DNA of 64,000 nucleotides from Acidobacteriota bacterium (GTDB lineage: Bacteria > Acidobacteriota > UBA890 > WLXD01): positions 434,111 to 498,110 of the forward strand of contig CBDBHB010000006.1 of NCBI GenBank assembly GCA_965205505.1. The letters are read 5' to 3'. The position numbers were made by a program, and so were the translations under genes. The stretch's first letter is position 1, and each line of letters opens with the position of its first letter. Below are positions 20,429 to 30,198 of this stretch, one piece after another. The notes beneath the pieces were generated by a model that saw only the letters and a list, made by a program, of their open reading frames with translations, ran no database searches and was not told where the DNA came from.

Positions 20429-20576
20429 CCGCTCCCCCGAAGAGCGTCACGACCGCGGTGCGTTCCCGGCCAGTGTCGCCCCGCTTCGACCGTTGACACA
20501 CACGTCGTGCGCCGTTAGCGTCCCCCCAACGCTAATGAGAGGATGATACCCGAAACAGGCGCGTCGGCGCGCCGGG

Positions 20577-21248
20577 CTAGTCGAGACTATCTGTAGGAAC
20601 GGTCGAATACTCGGGGTAGCGAGCGCGAATTCCGCGGCGCAGCTGTTGCCTCGCCAGCGCCACGTGGGTGCGCACAGTTGAGGTACTGCAGCCCAGCGCG
20701 CGCGCAACTTCACGCGCCGGAAGGTCTTCGATCTCGCGCAGAATGAAAGCTGCCCGCTGTCGCGCCGGAAGCTCGGCGGCGAGCTCGTCCCAGATGCGCT
20801 GTACCTCCTCCCAGCGAATCGCCAGGCTCGGGTCGGCCGAATCGTCGGCGGGCAGGCGTTGCGCCGCAGTCTCCGTAGTCACCCCGGGGGCAAGCGAATG
20901 CGCCGCCGACCCGCGTGCAGCCCCTGTCGCCTCCGACCGCTCGCCCAGCGGCACCGGCTGACGTCGCTCGTTGCGCCAGCGATCAATCGCCTTGTTGGTA
21001 ACGATGCGTGCGAGCCAGGCATCTACCGTAAACCTCGTTCGGTAGCGTGGGCAGTGTCGCCAAAGCGCGACGAACGCCTCCTGCGCGACATCCTCCGCCG
21101 CACCGCGATCACCTAGCATCTGGTAGGCAATGCGCTGCACGCGACGATGCTTGCGTTCGTATAGTTGTCGGAACGCATCCGTATCACCGCGCCCGGCAGC
21201 GCGTACCAGGTGGGCATCGGACGGCCCATCGAGCGCATCGGGCATCAC
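20577..21248 (-). CDS. RNA polymerase ECF-type sigma-70 factor
   Basis: 223 aa with sigma-70 region 2 (DVAQEAFVALWRH) and region 4 HTH (EDLPAREVARALGCSTSTVRTHV). Confidence 0.8.
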   Translation of the reverse strand: MMPDALDGPSDAHLVRAAGRGDTDAFRQLYERKHRRVQRIAYQMLGDRGAAEDVAQEAFVALWRHCPRYRTRFTVDAWLARIVTNKAIDRWRNERRQPVPLGERSEATGAARGSAAHSLAPGVTTETAAQRLPADDSADPSLAIRWEEVQRIWDELAAELPARQRAAFILREIEDLPAREVARALGCSTSTVRTHVALARQQLRRGIRARYPEYSTVPTDSLD

Positions 21249-21254
21249 GCGCCG

Positions 21255-22277
21255 CTATGGATTGACGATCGAGACAGGCTCCGCTAGCTCGTGCGCGCTC
21301 TGTCGCGAGCTCTCCTTCCGCCGGCCGAAGATCATCTTCCCGGCGCTCGTTTGAAGAACCGACGTCACAATCAGATCAACTGTCGACCCACGATGCGCGC
21401 TGGCGCCATCGACGACCACCATGGTCCCATCGTCGAGGTAGCCGACGCCCTGCCCCGCCTCCTTGCCCTCCTTGACGACGAACACCGACATCGGTTCACC
21501 CGGAAGGAACGCAGGTTTGACCGCGTTGGCAAGGTCGTTGACGTTGAGCACCCGAACACCACGCACTTGTGCCACCTTGGCGAGATTGAAGTCGTTCGTA
21601 AGCACTACACCGCCACGCTGGATCCCGAGCTCGATGAGCTTCGAGTCGACCTCGGCAATACCCGGAAAGTCGGTGGCATCGATTTGAACGTCGAGATCAG
21701 CGCTGCGCTGCAGATCTCGGAGGATGTCGAGGCCGCGGCGGCCTCGCGCACGCTTGAGCGCATCACTCGAATCGGCGACCTGCTGAAGCTCGTTGAGCAC
21801 GAACTGCGGTACGAGCAAGGTGCCATCGATAAACCCGGCGGCCGCGATCTCGGCAATCCGACCATCGATGATCACCGACGTGTCCAGGATCTTGTCGGCG
21901 ACGCCAGCGCGCTGGTCCTCGAGAAACGGCCTCCAGGGGATCCACCATTCGCCAGATTGACCTTTGAGCGACCCGATTACCATGCCCAAGTAGGCCAGGG
22001 TCAGAACCGCGACTCCCTGGATCACGGCCTCGGAAGTAGTGCTCAGGTCGAGCTGCCTGCCGACGACTCCGAACGCCATTGCCAGCACCAGCCCCATGAA
22101 CGTGCCCACGACGCCGCCCATGAGGACGTTCGGGTGAATGCTGTGGAGCTTGACCTCCAGCAGGACGACCACGACCGCGAACACGAGCCCGACAGCCAGG
22201 CCACTCACACCACCCGGGATTCCGAGAAACCCGATGGCCGCGCAGGCCAGGATAAAGAGCACACGGATGATGCTCAT
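21255..22277 (-). CDS. PIN/TRAM domain membrane protein (YacL-like)
   Basis: Start at MSIIRVLFILACAAIG. N-terminal TM helices, a PIN domain (ILDTSVIIDGRI) and a C-terminal TRAM-like beta domain. Confidence 0.7.
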   Translation of the reverse strand: MSIIRVLFILACAAIGFLGIPGGVSGLAVGLVFAVVVVLLEVKLHSIHPNVLMGGVVGTFMGLVLAMAFGVVGRQLDLSTTSEAVIQGVAVLTLAYLGMVIGSLKGQSGEWWIPWRPFLEDQRAGVADKILDTSVIIDGRIAEIAAAGFIDGTLLVPQFVLNELQQVADSSDALKRARGRRGLDILRDLQRSADLDVQIDATDFPGIAEVDSKLIELGIQRGGVVLTNDFNLAKVAQVRGVRVLNVNDLANAVKPAFLPGEPMSVFVVKEGKEAGQGVGYLDDGTMVVVDGASAHRGSTVDLIVTSVLQTSAGKMIFGRRKESSRQSAHELAEPVSIVNP

Positions 22278-22380
22278 TGCGTATGACCTCCAGGCCACCC
22301 GTGGGGAGCCCGCGTATAAAAGGGGGGTATGACGGATGATGGCTGGATTATAACGCTGGGTGGTCGTCGGCACGCCGCGC

Positions 22381-23139
22381 TCAGACTGTCGTGCCGGACT
22401 CCACAAACCGCCCGCGCTCTATCCGCGCCCAGAAGAACGGGTAGATCATGCGCCACCAGTCGAGGCCGGGGCGGATCTTCGTGTAGGCCTGACCACGGCT
22501 CGGATAGCGCATCGTGATGGGAACCTCGAGCCAGCGGACCGCAGCTCCCGCGATCAGCACCTTGCCGTAAAGATAGGGCTCGAACGCATAGGTCCACAGC
22601 CACTCGGCACGCCAATCGAACCGGGCGCGGTCGAAGATATCGACACGAAAAGCACGGTAACCGCAGGTCGCGTCGGTGACGGGCGAGCCGGTCGCCCAAC
22701 GCGCGGCCAGATTGACAATCGGGATGGCGCAGCGACGAAAGGCGGGCAGGTTGGGCGACGTGCCCCCCTCCAGATAGCGGCTGCCGGTGACATAATCGGC
22801 CTCGCCGCGGCGAATCGGCCCTACGACACGCTCCATTTCCGCCGGCAGCATCTTTCGGTTCGAGGCCAGACCAACGAGCACGTCGTAGCCGTGCTCCCGG
22901 GCCCATTCGGTCGCGGCGATAATCGCCCAGCCGACGCCTCGATTGCGCGCCACTTCGATGCAGGGCCAGCCTGACGCGCGAACAATGTGCTCCGAGCCGT
23001 CGTTGGAGCCGTTGTTGACCAGCAAGAACTCGTCGCACGCAGGCCCCGTTGCGCTCAACTCCTCCAGCAGTGTGGGGAGCTCGCGTAGCTGGTTGAAGAC
23101 CGGAGAAAAACCGAGCACCTTCAAAGAAAGTCGCTCCAT
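22381..23139 (-). CDS. family 2 glycosyltransferase
   Basis: Start MERLSLKVLGFSPVFNQ. GT2 signature region (VNNGSNDGS, DxD context). Confidence 0.75.
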   Translation of the reverse strand: MERLSLKVLGFSPVFNQLRELPTLLEELSATGPACDEFLLVNNGSNDGSEHIVRASGWPCIEVARNRGVGWAIIAATEWAREHGYDVLVGLASNRKMLPAEMERVVGPIRRGEADYVTGSRYLEGGTSPNLPAFRRCAIPIVNLAARWATGSPVTDATCGYRAFRVDIFDRARFDWRAEWLWTYAFEPYLYGKVLIAGAAVRWLEVPITMRYPSRGQAYTKIRPGLDWWRMIYPFFWARIERGRFVESGTTV

Positions 23140-23984
23140 TCCTCGGGTACCCAGTCCTCGACCCGTCGTTCGCCGGGCGACACCTGGGCCCACGGATAGT
23201 CGCGGTCAACGCAACGAATCCATGGATAGGGCTGGTGCACCTGGTCGCCGATCTTGTGCATGATGCGGCGGCAGTCAATGCGATTCTCGGCTGGCGATCC
23301 GTCCATGAAAGCGTACGCCGGCACCTTGCCTCCCACCTTCGAGTTTGCCCCGACGATGGCATGTACACCGAGTCGAGTGCCGGGGAGAATCGTGGCGTGC
23401 ACGGCGATGGCGCAGAACGGTGCCACCTGGGGCGCCTCTTCCACCGCGAACACCGGGAACGCTCGGTCGTTGGTGAAAACCACGAACGGATGAACCCACA
23501 CGAACGGGCCGATGCGTGTGCCGGAGCCAACCGTCACATAGGAGTGCAAGCGTACATAGTCGCCGATCTCGACGTTCGGTTGGATGTCACAGTTGTTACC
23601 GATCGAGCAGTTGTTTCCGACACGGGTGCCTTCGCGCATGGCCACGTATGGGCCAGTCTGTAGGTTCTCGCCGACTTCGGTGCCCGCGTTGATGATGGTG
23701 CCACGGCGGAGAATCGAGCCGCTGCCAACGCGCGTCCGGTTGGCAACGTAGCCGCCGCGGTCACGAAAGAACCCGTAGGTCGGCTCGCCGAGACTGCAAT
23801 CGGGCCCCACCCACACGTTGTCCCCGATGGCGACGCGATCGTACAGAATAACACCGGGCCCTACGTGAACGTTGTCGCCGAGCGTTACCCCGCCGCCCCA
23901 GCGAACCGAGTCGTCGAAGGTGCACCCGGCACCGAGCGCCACATCCGGACCCGGTGTCGCTCTCAATCCGAAGCCGGCAGTCAT
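23121..23984 (-). CDS. left-handed beta-helix (hexapeptide-repeat) acyl/acetyltransferase
   Basis: Start MTAGFG after GGGGGA RBS. Repeated [LIV]GxxxxIG hexapeptides (VGPGVILYDRVAIGDNVWVGPDCSLG...). Confidence 0.75.
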   Translation of the reverse strand: MTAGFGLRATPGPDVALGAGCTFDDSVRWGGGVTLGDNVHVGPGVILYDRVAIGDNVWVGPDCSLGEPTYGFFRDRGGYVANRTRVGSGSILRRGTIINAGTEVGENLQTGPYVAMREGTRVGNNCSIGNNCDIQPNVEIGDYVRLHSYVTVGSGTRIGPFVWVHPFVVFTNDRAFPVFAVEEAPQVAPFCAIAVHATILPGTRLGVHAIVGANSKVGGKVPAYAFMDGSPAENRIDCRRIMHKIGDQVHQPYPWIRCVDRDYPWAQVSPGERRVEDWVPEEWSDFL

Positions 23985-24040
23985 TCCAACTCCCCCCTGT
24001 CCAGCGCCGATGACAGACTCCACCTGCTCACTACAACCAG

Positions 24041-25309
24041 CTATACCTTCAGCGTCACCCAGCGCACGAGCTCGTTGATCAGCAGCTTCCCGTCCCAGGG
24101 AGACTCCTGCACGTTCATCAACCCCGGGCGCACGCAACGGGCGGCTCCCGCGAGGGTGGCGGCCTCGGCGAACTCGCGTGCCTCGCCGTCGTCGCCGAAG
24201 GCTATGCCGACCGTCTGCACGCGGGGATTGATCAGCGGTACCACCAGACGCCACGAATCCACCGCCGTGAGAAACACCGTGCGCGACTGGATAGGTTCCT
24301 TGAGCGACACGTCGGCGTCCATGCACACGGTCCAGTTGGCGCCATCGCGCGATGCGATCATGTCTCGCCGCTCATCGAGCGCCCACTCGGCGCGAGTATT
24401 GGCGATCTGCACGGTTGTGTAGGCATCGAGGGCCGATTTCGGCGGCAGGCGCTCAAGAGCCGCCGCGAAGCGCTCGCCGACATCGCCCAGGGCGCCGTTC
24501 GTTGCCTCGACGAAGATCGTCTGTGGCGAAGAACAGGCACGTTGATCGAAGATGGCAACGTCTCGTACGAACGCGGCGACCACCCGGTCGAGCGCCGCGG
24601 GCTGTTCGAGAAGGGCACCACCGATCAGGCCTATCGAGTATTTCGGACCGAACTCGACGTTCACGCAATGCGGCTGCTGCGGCAACCTACGTATCGCCTC
24701 GATAGCCGTCTGCCCGCCCCAGGTCACCTTGGCATCGGCCGCCAGCGACATCGCTGTACCCAAGTCGCTTTCGCTGGAGCTGTACCAGACCACCGCAAGA
24801 CAAGCGCACAGATCGGCGCCCGAGAGGCCATCCACCGAGCATCCGGCCAGCACGTCGAGCATTGCGTCGATGCCGCCGGGCTGGGCGTCGGCCAGCTTCA
24901 CGAGGCAGACGTTCCTGGCCAACAACGCTGGTACCAGCGCGAAGACCGGCAGCGTGGGCACGTTGCCCGCCATCCACATCGACACCAGGCCGTGTGGCTT
25001 CGCCGCCAGCTGCCGATCGTCCACGTCGACGAAGCCATCGAGCGCCGTTACATGACCACCGAGGTTCAGCACCAGCATCTTCTCGAGATTTGAGCGCTTG
25101 AGCCACGCGGACAGAAACGTCACGCCCTCGAGCCCTCGGGTATGAGGGTCCTCGAGCAGGCGCGAGCCGAAGGCGGCCAGTAGATCAAGCAACGACGCGG
25201 TGGGAACCGCAGCCATCGAGACACGCCGCTGCTGCAGCGCAGCGGTGATCGCCCCCAGATCGCTGAACGATTCGGGAGGCTTGCCGGGGCGAAAGTAGAT
25301 GCCGCTCAT
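24041..25309 (-). CDS. LuxC-like acyl-CoA (acyl-protein) reductase family protein
   Basis: About 420 aa from MSGIYFRPGK. Global resemblance to the LuxC fatty-acyl reductase family. Start overlaps the upstream gene stop (ATGA). Confidence 0.7.
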   Translation of the reverse strand: MSGIYFRPGKPPESFSDLGAITAALQQRRVSMAAVPTASLLDLLAAFGSRLLEDPHTRGLEGVTFLSAWLKRSNLEKMLVLNLGGHVTALDGFVDVDDRQLAAKPHGLVSMWMAGNVPTLPVFALVPALLARNVCLVKLADAQPGGIDAMLDVLAGCSVDGLSGADLCACLAVVWYSSSESDLGTAMSLAADAKVTWGGQTAIEAIRRLPQQPHCVNVEFGPKYSIGLIGGALLEQPAALDRVVAAFVRDVAIFDQRACSSPQTIFVEATNGALGDVGERFAAALERLPPKSALDAYTTVQIANTRAEWALDERRDMIASRDGANWTVCMDADVSLKEPIQSRTVFLTAVDSWRLVVPLINPRVQTVGIAFGDDGEAREFAEAATLAGAARCVRPGLMNVQESPWDGKLLINELVRWVTLKV

Positions 25310-26454
25310 TCGAGCTGCTTCACTGCAAAGGTATCGCCACAACCCCGCACCGCAACGCGCTCGACACGGCGCGTAAAGCGAAAGTACTGCCCTGACCGCC
25401 CGCACGGGCAGTCGTCTACGCCGACCAGCGTTCCCTGATCTTCAGTGAGGAGAGCTTGGCCCGGATAGCTCGTCGGCAGCACGCTCACCACCTCGATGAT
25501 GCCGGTTTCCCCCGGCGCCACCGGCTCCAGCGTATGAGGCCTGCGGATCACGACATCCGCGAAGGCGGGAGCATGCTTGTTGCCGGCCACGCAGTCGACG
25601 AAGACCGTGCCTACTTGCTCAACCATGCCGTAGAAATCAAGCACCGCACCGGAGTTCATTCCCAACACGTCGCTGACGCGCTCGTTGAAGACAGGCTTCG
25701 ACACCGCGTCGGCCTCGAGCTTCTTCCAGCCTCCAGAGTGCAACAGCACGGCTTCCGGGGCATCGAAGCGCGCGCCGCGCGCCTCCGCCGCGCGAACGAA
25801 CCGCGACCAAACGATGAACGTGAACCCGAAGACGAGTATCGGCTTGTCGCCATGCAGTTGGAAGAATGCTTCGATTGCGTCCCAATCAGGCATGAGGTCA
25901 CCGTTGTCTGCCGATCGCAACGCGTAGGTGGTGGAGCTCGCGAAGCTGCCGATTCCGCGGATCGCCGCGCCCCGAGCGGTCAGTACATCGCCAGCGGCGG
26001 CGGCCTCCTCGACGTCGACCACTAGATACGGGCGTCGCCTACCGCCCAACACGTCCTTGAGAATCGATACCAGCGCCCTCGACTGCCGGAAGGCGGTGGT
26101 CTTGTCGATGAAGATACGGCTGGGCTTCTGGCCGGTCGTCGACGACGAGTGCAACTCTCGAACCACCCGTTCCGGCGCGACGGCCGAAAGTGCGAAACGC
26201 TTGAACATGGTGACCGGCAAGGGCGGCACATCGGCAACCCGTGTCCAGTCTGCCGGGCTCCCGCCAAGGCGAGCGAGGAAGCGCGCATACGGTGGACAGG
26301 CTTCCGCCATCTGCTCGCACAGAGGTCGCAGGATCGCCAGAAGGTCGTGATCCTTATCGGCCTGCTTCGACGAGAACTGATCTCCGGCGATCAACGCGGT
26401 GATCGCCGTGTCGACCTCGGCGCGGCACGCATCGGACAGCCCTGCGGTGCTCAT
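25306..26454 (-). CDS. LuxE-like acyl-protein synthetase (LuxE/PaaK adenylating superfamily)
   Basis: 382 aa. Resembles the LuxE family. Translationally coupled to neighbours on both sides. Confidence 0.7.
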   Translation of the reverse strand: MSTAGLSDACRAEVDTAITALIAGDQFSSKQADKDHDLLAILRPLCEQMAEACPPYARFLARLGGSPADWTRVADVPPLPVTMFKRFALSAVAPERVVRELHSSSTTGQKPSRIFIDKTTAFRQSRALVSILKDVLGGRRRPYLVVDVEEAAAAGDVLTARGAAIRGIGSFASSTTYALRSADNGDLMPDWDAIEAFFQLHGDKPILVFGFTFIVWSRFVRAAEARGARFDAPEAVLLHSGGWKKLEADAVSKPVFNERVSDVLGMNSGAVLDFYGMVEQVGTVFVDCVAGNKHAPAFADVVIRRPHTLEPVAPGETGIIEVVSVLPTSYPGQALLTEDQGTLVGVDDCPCGRSGQYFRFTRRVERVAVRGCGDTFAVKQLE

Positions 26455-28028
26455 GCCTCAGATCCGCAATCACTGGCCGCATCTCGCAGCTGCGCCTTCA
26501 AGACCTTACCGGCGGCGTTCTTCGGAAGGTGATTGGTGAGCTCGACGGTCGTCGGGATCATGTGGTTGGGCAAATGGTCGTGGCAGTGACGCACGATCGA
26601 TCGACCGCTGAGCTCCCCTTCGCGTACGGGCACCACAACCGCCTTGATCGCTTCCCCCCAGATCTCGTCGGGAACGCCGATGACGGCCACTTCGACCACC
26701 TCTGGCAACGCCGCGATGACCTCCTCGATCTCTGTAGGGCTGACGCGTATCCCCATCGACTTGATGAAGTCACGGGCGCGGTCGACGATGAAGATGAACC
26801 CCTCCGCGTCGACGCGCGCCAGGTCGCCCGTTCGCAGCTTGCCATCGCCGAAGTACTTCTGCGTTCCGGCGACATCGTTCCAATACCCCGGGCTCACGTT
26901 GTCACCCGTGGCGACGATCTCGCCGATTTCGACAGAGCCGGGGCGCACCGGCGAACCATCCTCTTTCAGCACCTCCAAGACGGTCGACGGCAGGCCGCGG
27001 CCGATGGAGCCGAGCTTGTCGTCAAGCCGCTCCGGCGGAAGATAGGACAGCCTCGCGGTGGCCTCCGTCTGGCCGTACATCACGTACAAGTGCACGTCGG
27101 GAAAGGCCTCCCGCATTTCACGTATGAACGGCTCCGGCAATCTTCCACCTGCTTGCTGGAGCCATCGGAGTGCCGGGAAATCGCGCTCCTTGAAATGGCT
27201 TCGGCGTAACAGGATCTGATAGGTCGACGGTACGCCGGCGAGCCCGGTACACCCCTTGGCCTCCATGTCGTCGAGTACCTTCTCCGGAAACATGAAAGCG
27301 TTGTTGATTACCACCGACGCGCCCGCCGACAGATGTGCATGTAGGACCGACAGACCGTAGCAATAGTGCAGCGGCAGCACCAACATCGCGCGGTCGGTCG
27401 GCACGAGCCCCATGTACTCGACAATGTCGCGCGTGTTGGTGGCGATGTTGCGATGCGTGACCATGACACCCTTCGGCACTCCCGTGGAGCCGGCCGTGAG
27501 AAAAAGGGCCGCGAGAGTGCTCGATGGATCGAACGTGCCCGTCGATTCGACCTCTGCGGCGAGCGCGTCCCCCTCCAAGGGCTGATCGAGCTCTTCCTCG
27601 GACCACAGCTCGACCTCTGCGGCGGCCATGGCCCCGATGAGATCGGCATCTGGCGCCATCCGAGACGATACGAGCATCAGCTGCATGTCGGTATCGATGG
27701 CGATGCGACGAAGTCGCTCGACTGGCAACGTCGTCGGCAAGGGAACAACGCATAGCCCGACGCGTATCGTCGCCAGGTAGGCAACGACGAAGAAAACGCC
27801 GTTCTCGGCCACCAGACCAACACGCGATCCTGGCGCGAGGCGTGGCGCGCGTAGACGCGCCGCCGCCCGGTCAACGCGGCGGCGAAGCTGCCTGTAGCTG
27901 ACGTCTTCAGCACCGACCGACAGCACCAGATCGGACGCCTCCCCGGCGGCGAGCAGCTGTGAGGCGACATTATCCTGCGCTCTCTGCGGGGCAGGTTCGC
28001 AGGGGTCGGCAGCCGCGCTCTTGGTCAC
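26451..28028 (-). CDS. AMP-dependent synthetase/ligase (acyl-CoA/acyl-ACP ligase)
   Basis: AMP-binding motifs (LTAGSTGVPKGVMVTHRN, YGQTE, GDLARVDAEGFIFIVDR). Probable GTG start overlapping the ACP stop (GTGA). Confidence 0.8.
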   Translation of the reverse strand: MTKSAAADPCEPAPQRAQDNVASQLLAAGEASDLVLSVGAEDVSYRQLRRRVDRAAARLRAPRLAPGSRVGLVAENGVFFVVAYLATIRVGLCVVPLPTTLPVERLRRIAIDTDMQLMLVSSRMAPDADLIGAMAAAEVELWSEEELDQPLEGDALAAEVESTGTFDPSSTLAALFLTAGSTGVPKGVMVTHRNIATNTRDIVEYMGLVPTDRAMLVLPLHYCYGLSVLHAHLSAGASVVINNAFMFPEKVLDDMEAKGCTGLAGVPSTYQILLRRSHFKERDFPALRWLQQAGGRLPEPFIREMREAFPDVHLYVMYGQTEATARLSYLPPERLDDKLGSIGRGLPSTVLEVLKEDGSPVRPGSVEIGEIVATGDNVSPGYWNDVAGTQKYFGDGKLRTGDLARVDAEGFIFIVDRARDFIKSMGIRVSPTEIEEVIAALPEVVEVAVIGVPDEIWGEAIKAVVVPVREGELSGRSIVRHCHDHLPNHMIPTTVELTNHLPKNAAGKVLKAQLRDAASDCGSEA

Positions 28029-28300
28029 CCGACCCCCTTGTTCGCCAGGATCTCGAGGATCTTCCGAACGTCGACCATCTCCATGATCTCGTCGACCTCG
28101 AACTCGACTCCGAAGGCGGCTTCCATCGCCGCCACCAGATTCATGTGTCCGATCGAATCCCATTTCCTGACGTCGTCGGGAACGGTGTCCGGATGGAAGC
28201 GGGCGGCATCGTGAGCGAAGGTCTGCTCGAACACCGCCGCCAGTCGCTCAACCAGAGCGCTGTCTTCCACAGGTAGTGAGTCGGCAGGCGATCCCGACAT
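28025..28300 (-). CDS. acyl carrier protein (phosphopantetheine-binding)
   Basis: 91 aa. Conserved Ser in WDSIGHMNLVAAME. Confidence 0.7.
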   Translation of the reverse strand: MSGSPADSLPVEDSALVERLAAVFEQTFAHDAARFHPDTVPDDVRKWDSIGHMNLVAAMEAAFGVEFEVDEIMEMVDVRKILEILANKGVG

Positions 28301-29016
28301 CAGAGGGCCATGCCGCCATCAACAGAGAACACGGCTCCGGTGACGCCGACGGCGTCGTCTGAGACCAACCAGCTCACCAGGCCGGCTACTTCGTCGACGC
28401 TTTGTAGTTTCCCGAGTGGTACGGCCTTTTCGATCATCGCGAACATGGCTCGACTGGTGAGGTTGGTCTTCACTGCGCCAGGCGCCACCGCCACGGCCCG
28501 GATCCCCGCCGCGGCATATTCGGCGGCGATGCTCCGTGTGTAGTGGATCAAGCCAGCCTTGGACGCTGCGTACACTGATAGCTTCGGCGACGCCTTGATG
28601 CCGGCGACCGAGGCAATGTTGATAATCAGTCCCGGGGTCTGGCGCTCGCTCATCACCTTCAAAGCCGCGGCGCTGAGGCGAAGGGGCGCCGCCAGATTGG
28701 TCTGCAGTTGGTCACCGATCGTCGCGGCATCGGCATCATGAGCATTCTCAAAACGCATCACCCCGGCGTTGTTGATCAGCACGTCGAGGCCATCGCGGTC
28801 GGCGACGATCGACTCGAGCAGGCAAGCCGCGGCGTCCAGGTCTCGGACGTCGGCCTGGTGATAGCCGACCTTGGCGGCGAGCTCGCTGGAGCCTTCAGCC
28901 CACACTGCCGGCTCGCGCCGGGCGATGACCTCCACCGCGTGACCCTCAGCCGCCAGGCGACGCACTATTGCCAGCCCAATGCCGGAGGATCCCCCGGTGA
29001 CGACAATCTTCTTCAT
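28300..29016 (-). CDS. SDR family oxidoreductase (FabG-like)
   Basis: TGGSSGIG Rossmann motif, NNAG, and catalytic YAASK. Confidence 0.85.
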   Translation of the reverse strand: MKKIVVTGGSSGIGLAIVRRLAAEGHAVEVIARREPAVWAEGSSELAAKVGYHQADVRDLDAAACLLESIVADRDGLDVLINNAGVMRFENAHDADAATIGDQLQTNLAAPLRLSAAALKVMSERQTPGLIINIASVAGIKASPKLSVYAASKAGLIHYTRSIAAEYAAAGIRAVAVAPGAVKTNLTSRAMFAMIEKAVPLGKLQSVDEVAGLVSWLVSDDAVGVTGAVFSVDGGMAL

Positions 29017-29050
29017 TGGCTCTCCCCCAAAGAGCCTTCGCCCCCAAATT

Positions 29051-30127
29051 CTATATCACGTCCGGCGGCTTGGGACCCTCCCCCACGGCGACCGCAGACG
29101 ACGAACCCGCAGGCGTAGCACGCGCCTGCGCGGATGTCACATCGCGTAGCCGTACGCCCTCGGCGGCCAAAACCCCGAATCCGAGCAACATCGGCGGAAC
29201 GAACGTCAGCGTGTGAACCAGGAGCGAGTAGCCTAGCGCCTCGCTCTTGGGCACCCCGAAGATGCCCAGTGCGACGATGCAGCCTGCCTGAAAGGTGCCG
29301 ACGAAACTGGGCGCCGCCGGGATCATCACAAACACCGCGACCAACGCCGTGGCAACGATGGCAAACCTGAGGACGGGAACGCCGTAGCCGACGTCCATGC
29401 CCATCGCCAACGCCACGAGCGCGAACGGCGCGGCGAGCGTCGCCCAGACATAGGCGCTGGCCAACAGCAGCGTCAGCAGTTGGCGCAAGTCCGTCAACGC
29501 ATGCAGGCCATCGACAAAGGAGTGGACAGAAGCGCCCACAGGGGCGCCGATCCTTTTCGGCAACCGGTCGATGAACCGGTCGAGCCACCGAAGCGACATG
29601 TCCTGAAACAGGATCAGAGCCAGGATCAGCGCCGTCACCAGGCCGGCAACCGCGGCGAGCAACCGTACCGCACCGGCCACCTGAGGACCCGCGCCTTCCG
29701 GGATCGGCACCAACATAATGGCGACAGCCAGCATCGCACCGACGGTCACCAAGTCGAAAACTCGCTCCAACACGACGGTGGCGAACGCTGTCGAGAACGG
29801 CAGCTTCTCTTTCCGCGCGATCGAGTAGGCCTTGACGGCCTCGCCGGCGCGGAGCGGCAGCACGGCGTTGGCGGCGTACCCGACCGCCTGCGAGGCGAAC
29901 AGAGTGCGGGTTGCTACCGGCCGCAGATGTGCGAACAGCATCTTCCAGCGCTGCGCCCGAGCGTAGACTGACAACAACGAGACGCCGGCAACCAGCCCCA
30001 ACCACCCGGGTTTCGCGCTCCGCATGGCCCCCCACACCTCCGCCATCAAGACGTCACGGGTGACGACCCAAAGGAACAGTGCGCTCACCGCAATTCCGAC
30101 CGCCAGCTGCAGATACCGCTTGTTCAC
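29051..30127 (-). CDS. flippase-like domain membrane protein (UPF0104 / LPG-synthase TM family)
   Basis: 358-aa polytopic protein. N-terminus LAVGIAVSALFLWVVTRDV...RAQRWKML is typical of the family. Confidence 0.7.
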   Translation of the reverse strand: MNKRYLQLAVGIAVSALFLWVVTRDVLMAEVWGAMRSAKPGWLGLVAGVSLLSVYARAQRWKMLFAHLRPVATRTLFASQAVGYAANAVLPLRAGEAVKAYSIARKEKLPFSTAFATVVLERVFDLVTVGAMLAVAIMLVPIPEGAGPQVAGAVRLLAAVAGLVTALILALILFQDMSLRWLDRFIDRLPKRIGAPVGASVHSFVDGLHALTDLRQLLTLLLASAYVWATLAAPFALVALAMGMDVGYGVPVLRFAIVATALVAVFVMIPAAPSFVGTFQAGCIVALGIFGVPKSEALGYSLLVHTLTFVPPMLLGFGVLAAEGVRLRDVTSAQARATPAGSSSAVAVGEGPKPPDVI

Positions 30128-30198
30128 GGACGAGGCTCGTTGCGACGCTTCGGGCGGGTGCTCGGTTCGACTAGGGAGAGCATGGTGGAGGGAGTTTA

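Noticed and set aside
22274-23530. 418-aa minus-strand ORF spanning the GT2 and acetyltransferase genes
   Set aside because: It runs in a frame different from the two recognisable genes, with an Arg/Pro-rich translation. It is spurious.
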